A stretch of DNA of 64,000 nt from an uncultured Nitrososphaerales archaeon. Lineage in GTDB: Archaea; Thermoproteota; Nitrososphaeria; Nitrososphaerales; Nitrososphaeraceae. Below are positions 59,828 through 64,000 of this stretch, piece after piece. The stretch spans positions 1 through 64,000 of the forward strand of contig CAVPXM010000030.1 of NCBI GenBank assembly GCA_963709405.1, in the 5' to 3' direction. A program made the translations under genes and the position numbers. The stretch's first letter is position 1. Each line of letters opens with the position of its first letter. The notes under the pieces were generated by a model. It did no database searches and was not told the DNA's origin. It saw only the letters and a list, made by a program, of their open reading frames with translations.

Positions 59828-60415
59828 ATGGATAACAAGACTAAAAGTATGTCATCAAAGAAAGAAGAGAGAAAGGAAGTGCCTTCAAGATCGTTTTCGG
59901 AGGTCCCTGAATTGACAACTGCGGAAGAACATTTTGCAGAATACCGTGATAACATTAACAAAGCATTAGACGAAACCAAGGCTAATATTAAAAAATCAAT
60001 AGATGAAACAAGAACTCAAATCCCTCGTTATACTAATGCAATTAATGAATATCAGGAACAGGTCTTTCAAACAGCTAAGGAAATAGCAGATAACTATGTG
60101 GATTCTCAACGGGAAATCATCGTCTCGTCAGAGTCGACCTTGAGTCCATATATCGAAGGTGCTCAAAGAATCGCCAATTATTGGACACCATCACCTAGGG
60201 CATTGGCTGGGGCATATGTAGGGGCAGTGAGTAACTATGCTGATAATATCATTACTACGACAAGACTCGTCAACAACATGATGTTTGCGAATGTAGAGGC
60301 CTGTAAAACAACTTTACAGCAAGCAGCTGACAATTCGAAGGAATTATTAAAAGTGGGTATCAATACCGCAAGGACTGTTTTTGTTGCTTCGATGCTATTT
60401 CAAATACAAGAATAA
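59828..60415 (+). CDS. All-helical hypothetical protein (phasin-like composition)
   Basis: INKALDETK.NIKKS.DE.R.QIPRYT..INEYQEQ amphipathic helices; 3' end may be frameshifted; product is inference. Confidence 0.65.
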   Translation: MDNKTKSMSSKKEERKEVPSRSFSEVPELTTAEEHFAEYRDNINKALDETKANIKKSIDETRTQIPRYTNAINEYQEQVFQTAKEIADNYVDSQREIIVSSESTLSPYIEGAQRIANYWTPSPRALAGAYVGAVSNYADNIITTTRLVNNMMFANVEACKTTLQQAADNSKELLKVGINTARTVFVASMLFQIQE

Positions 60416-60614
60416 TTCTATTAACCTGGATACGTGGTCTGATTCCAAAGATGATAATGGTTTGGATTTAAAAATTTCAAGTATCACAAGTATGAATTGC
60501 CAGAAATTGCTGAAGATATTTCACAATAAAGGAAAATCTAATGCTTTGTATCATAAGAGTCATTTTTGCTTTAAGTAATATTCATGAATATTATCTCATA
60601 ATTGCTTCTCAGTA

Positions 60615-61324
60615 TCATGAAACGCACCTTTGATCGATATTGGACCAATATCTTGAAACGGTAATATCTGAGATATTTGCGCTCTCCGACCTAGTCTCAC
60701 AAATATCTGCAAGTTCACATTGATTGTCCTCAGGATATGCACACATATGGGAGTCTCCATATATCCCATCAAACTCCGGATTAGTCACTATTTCGACGAT
60801 CTCATGGGTGCAAGTCAAGGTTATTTGGCTTAGTTGATTAAAATTAATGACATAGCCAAATGGTACTCTAACCGTAATTTGAGCATCGCCACTACGTAAT
60901 TTACACTTGAAAAAATCATGTCCACCATCGACGAATTCTGGAATTTCACCTTTCAGTGTCATATCTTCTGCAGGTATTAAGATATAAGCAGTATCATGCT
61001 CGTAAGATAGCGTTCCATCTAGTATTAGATCCATTATTGCTTCATGCATATGGCGATCTGTAAACAAACGCGGAGCTTTGGATACAGTATTAGTCACTGC
61101 TTTGAGCAAAAACGGACTATGGATGTTTCTATATTGATTAAGTTTTTCAAAATAATCGCTATCAAATATTTTGCGAAGTGCATCTTTTATTTGTCTCCTA
61201 AAGATCCCTCTAGTAGGGCTAGTATCCCACTTGGTTCCCCAAAAATGATTTGTATCCTTGAATTTTCCAACACCCTGCCTCGATGATCCCTAACATAATG
61301 CTTTAGATGGGACTTGAAGATCAA
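60615..61324 (-). pseudogene. Phi-1/EXORDIUM-like protein with HE motif, frameshifted at the 5' end
   Basis: DHRGRVL..IQIIF upstream in another frame; THEIVEIVTNP...ELADIC...YWSN....C in ORF 60615-61109. Confidence 0.55.
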
Positions 61325-61484
61325 TAGGTTATCAGATTTGAGATTATGGGCTTTATGGTAATAAAGCTAATTATCTTATATAATCAAGGATAGGACTGAA
61401 ATCATGTTTCTAATTCAACCCGTAACCATAGATCTTAACTACCCTTCTTTGCCAATAAATTTGGCATATTTGAAATGCTAGAGT

Positions 61485-62384
61485 CTACATTAGGTAGTTA
61501 GAAATTAATAGTTCTGTATGCCCCATACGCCTTAATGCATTCGAATTAATAGCTCTTAAAGTATTAACTTTTTTTATATTTTCAAAGTCATAATATAATT
61601 CTTTGACCAATGAGGTGTAGGAATTGCTAAGAAGGACCATACATTTTCTATCGTCGAGTTTCTTAAACAATCGTGCAAGCTCATATTGATCTTCATCCGT
61701 AAAACCGTTATCCGTATATCTCGTAAAGTTAGCAGTTCTGCTCATGGGGTCATATGGCGGATCTAGATAAATAAAGTCGCCCTCTCTTGCATTTTCGAGC
61801 AGTATTCGTTTATAATCGCCCAGTTCTATATGAATCTGTGATCCTTGAAGAACTTTACTAATGTTTCGAAGGTTCCCTTGATCGCATATACATGGATTTT
61901 TGTATCTACCCATAGGAACATTGAATTTACCCTGTCTGTTTACTCGATAGAGACCGTTGTAACATGTTTTGTTAAGTGTGATAAATCTTGCAGCCCTTTC
62001 GATGACATTCCTCTTGAGTGGAATAGCATCATCACGTAGAGAATAATAAAACTTAGCAGGAGATTTCTTATAGTCCTCTTCGTAGATGATTAAAATCTCA
62101 ATTAACCTCTCAACATTTGACTTCACGACGATATACGCATTAATTAGTTCTTCATTTAAATCTGATAGGAATGCGTCAAAATGAATATTATTTTTATTGA
62201 TCGTATGCAAGAATACGGCGCCGCCACCCAGAAAAGGTTCGAAGTATCTTCTGAAGTATGTTGGAATGAAGGTATCTATTCTAGATAGTAGTTGCGACTT
62301 TCCTCCAGCCCATTTTACGAATGGATACATTTTGTTGAAGTTTATAGGTAAAGCCTCAATTGATTGATCCATATTTTGGCCCAC
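61485..62384 (-). CDS. Dam-type (D12 class) DNA adenine methyltransferase
   Basis: KWAGGKSQL, YFEPFLGGGAV, CYNGLYRVN..G.FNVP.G.Y, YLDPPY, LLSNS, ELLISNY. Confidence 0.93.
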   Translation of the reverse strand: MGQNMDQSIEALPINFNKMYPFVKWAGGKSQLLSRIDTFIPTYFRRYFEPFLGGGAVFLHTINKNNIHFDAFLSDLNEELINAYIVVKSNVERLIEILIIYEEDYKKSPAKFYYSLRDDAIPLKRNVIERAARFITLNKTCYNGLYRVNRQGKFNVPMGRYKNPCICDQGNLRNISKVLQGSQIHIELGDYKRILLENAREGDFIYLDPPYDPMSRTANFTRYTDNGFTDEDQYELARLFKKLDDRKCMVLLSNSYTSLVKELYYDFENIKKVNTLRAINSNALRRMGHTELLISNYLM

Positions 62385-62817
62385 TATCTAACCCATTCAC
62401 CCTATTTTAGGTTTTTATTTATTTTTTATACTGACTTGTAGTTCAATGAAGTAACCTATAACTCGTGACATTCGCTCATTCGCCTCTACTGGAGAAAAAC
62501 AAAACATTCATTAGCCAGATTCTATCGAAACTGCTTCTTCCATGTCTGAACCCTTGCTGCTACGGAGGCTACTTATCTAAAAGCAGTTTTAAAATGTTTC
62601 AATCAGTAGACGTGTACGGTGTTGATACCGCCTACAATTAGCTGGTCTTCGGAAGTATTGCTAACTTAGTAAAACAAGTGGATAGTAATCGAAGGATATG
62701 TGTTTGTATATCAAACCAATCCTCAGATCACTATTCGCTTCATGGTGCTTCGAGAACCACCAAAGGATGTCTTTAAGCTTGTGTTAGATACGTGGGTGCC
62801 GTGGAATGGTTCTACGC

Positions 62818-63171
62818 TCACTTTGATAATAATCTTCTAGCCGTATCTATTAATTTTGAATGATCTGCCTGGACTTCGGTAGTGATATATAGAATGTGAT
62901 CGTCGCCCAAGGGCATAGTAATTCGCTTAATCTTTTCATATTCTGCCAAAACATATCTTCCTTTTCCAATCTTTGGTGCGAGTGCGCTTCGTGTTTTCCA
63001 AGAATTTACGGCTAATTCAAGTGATTTTTTACTCTCTTCTGGTGTAAGTAGATTCTTGACACCTTCACGATGGCTAGAATACATTATATTTCCATTTTGG
63101 TCACATACTGTTACTAGTCTTATATGAGGATCGCTCTTCATGAGTTCTTCATAAATATGTTTATAATCCAT
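62818..63171 (-). CDS. Roadblock/sensor-like small protein (DUF6659-like)
   Basis: DPHIRLVTVCD..G...REGVKNLLT.EES...IGKGRYVLAEYEKIKRIT. Confidence 0.75.
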   Translation of the reverse strand: MDYKHIYEELMKSDPHIRLVTVCDQNGNIMYSSHREGVKNLLTPEESKKSLELAVNSWKTRSALAPKIGKGRYVLAEYEKIKRITMPLGDDHILYITTEVQADHSKLIDTARRLLSK

Positions 63172-63184
63172 TACTCACTAATAA

Positions 63185-63664
63185 CTAACCGTCATATAAT
63201 AATATATTGCGACTTACTGGCTCATCATTGCTGGAACTAAGCAATGTTATATCTGGAATCGTCATTAATAATTTAGCGATCTCATCTTCTTTAGCAAGCA
63301 GCAGTATCTTCTTAGATACTGTACTAACTTCATCATTCAACGATCTAATAACACGAAGGCAGCCATTAATTCTATAATCATCATGTCCTTCCAGTTTATC
63401 CATATCTCTTTTGGTAAATGTACTGGTACGATCGACATCGGAGGCATCTATACCCTTCATAAGCGTAATGCTATGTACCTTATTCTTTAGTTTAGTTCTC
63501 ATTCTTACAAGTGCGGCTCTATGCCTAACAATGTCTCGTAGTTCCATTATTCTCTTGTTTGGAACATAGCATTAAGCTATGTATCCTCCTCTCAGTAGAT
63601 CAGCTAGTTTAACCGCATCAAGTTTGTCAGTCTTTATTTTAGCTGAGGCAATACTCTTGTCTTA
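63185..63664 (-). pseudogene. IS110-family transposase remnant, disrupted at TTA 63662-63664
   Basis: IASAKIKTDKLDAVKLADLLRGGYIA*CYVP..MELRDIVRHRAALVRMRTKLKN...LLMTIPDI; internal stop; C-terminal catalytic domain absent. Confidence 0.88.
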
Positions 63665-63688
63665 GAACCTATCCGAAAAGTAGTGGAG
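63665..63688 (+). mobile_element. IS5-type terminal sequence GAACCTATCCGAAAAG directly upstream of the array
   Basis: Follows TTA exactly where IS110 coding similarity stops; resembles both termini of the IS5 at 57095-57988. Confidence 0.65.
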
Positions 63689-63972
63689 GTTGTAATTTGA
63701 CTGATATAGGATTGAAACACTCTTCATCTCAGATTGTAGGTGTGTATGTTATTGCGTTGTAATTTGAGTAATATAGGATTGAAACAACGACTAGGCGGTG
63801 TTCAAGCGTTCCCGCCTAGATGGTTGTAATTTGAGTAATATAGGATTGAAACAACGACTAGGCGGTGCACGCCAATCCCCGCCTAGATGGTTGTAATTTG
63901 AGTAATATAGGATTGAAACTTAATACATGCATACTAGGTATAGGTATGGATAAACAGTTGTAATTTGACTAA
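63689..63972 (+). CRISPR. Mini CRISPR array: four full 30-nt repeats, one interrupted repeat, four 37-nt spacers; no leader, no cas genes in window
   Basis: Repeat GTTGTAATTTGAGTAATATAGGATTGAAAC at 63756, 63823, 63890; 2-mismatch variant at 63689; 16-nt partial at 63957; exact 67-nt period; 3' ATTGAAAC typical of Cas6-processed type I-B/I-A/III repeats. Confidence 0.93.
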
Positions 63973-64000
63973 GAACGTATCCGAAAATTCCAACTCTTCT
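63973..64000 (+). mobile_element. Start of a second IS5-type element inserted into repeat 5 (runs off window)
   Basis: TAA followed by GAACGTATCCGAAAATTCC; 14/15 identical to the terminus at 63665. Confidence 0.6.

Noticed and set aside
63689-63972. Array interpreted as a TIGR array or IS110 bridge RNA
   Set aside because: The 30+37 nt period and ATTGAAAC end are canonical CRISPR; no box C/D-like motifs were seen and the neighbouring IS110 gene is broken by the insertion.
61485-64000. Casposon or cas operon
   Set aside because: No cas1, family B polymerase or other cas ORF is recognisable in the window; sequence beyond 64000 cannot be judged.
1-64000. tRNA or rRNA genes
   Set aside because: No cloverleaf with T-loop consensus or long GC-rich rRNA-like stretch was recognised by eye; tRNAscan-SE would be needed to exclude intron-containing tRNAs.

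Overview
AT-rich, low coding-density chromosomal window from an ammonia-oxidising archaeon, most likely a soil Nitrososphaeraceae lineage. The assignment rests on a stand-alone amoC, TFB, aIF-6, Lrp/AsnC, HTH_45-like winged helices and C2H2 mini-proteins. Housekeeping and metabolic genes (pyrB, mqnD, ferredoxin, acyl-CoA dehydrogenase, SsuA- and SsuC-like ABC parts, amidase, a CopC-CopD-beta-propeller fusion, a Dam-type methylase) mostly stand alone between long intergenic stretches. Many genes carry 1-bp frameshifts, from either pseudogenisation or long-read indel error. Mobile DNA is abundant: a DDE IS at 1916-3083, two IS6 copies, an IS1595 element, an IS5 element, an IS110 remnant and a ~135-bp MITE. 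The most unusual feature is at the right edge. A leaderless mini CRISPR array with no cas genes in the window (30-nt ATTGAAAC-type repeats, four 37-nt spacers) starts 24 bp inside an IS5-type terminus that has inserted at TTA into the IS110 remnant, and a second IS5-type terminus interrupts repeat 5. Spacers 2 and 3 are near-copies forming a fixed 8-bp GC-rich hairpin with a swapped 10-nt core, and the same hairpin motif occurs in a host intergenic region at 43373-43400. No rRNA or tRNA was recognised. All calls come from reading the sequence; no searches were run.
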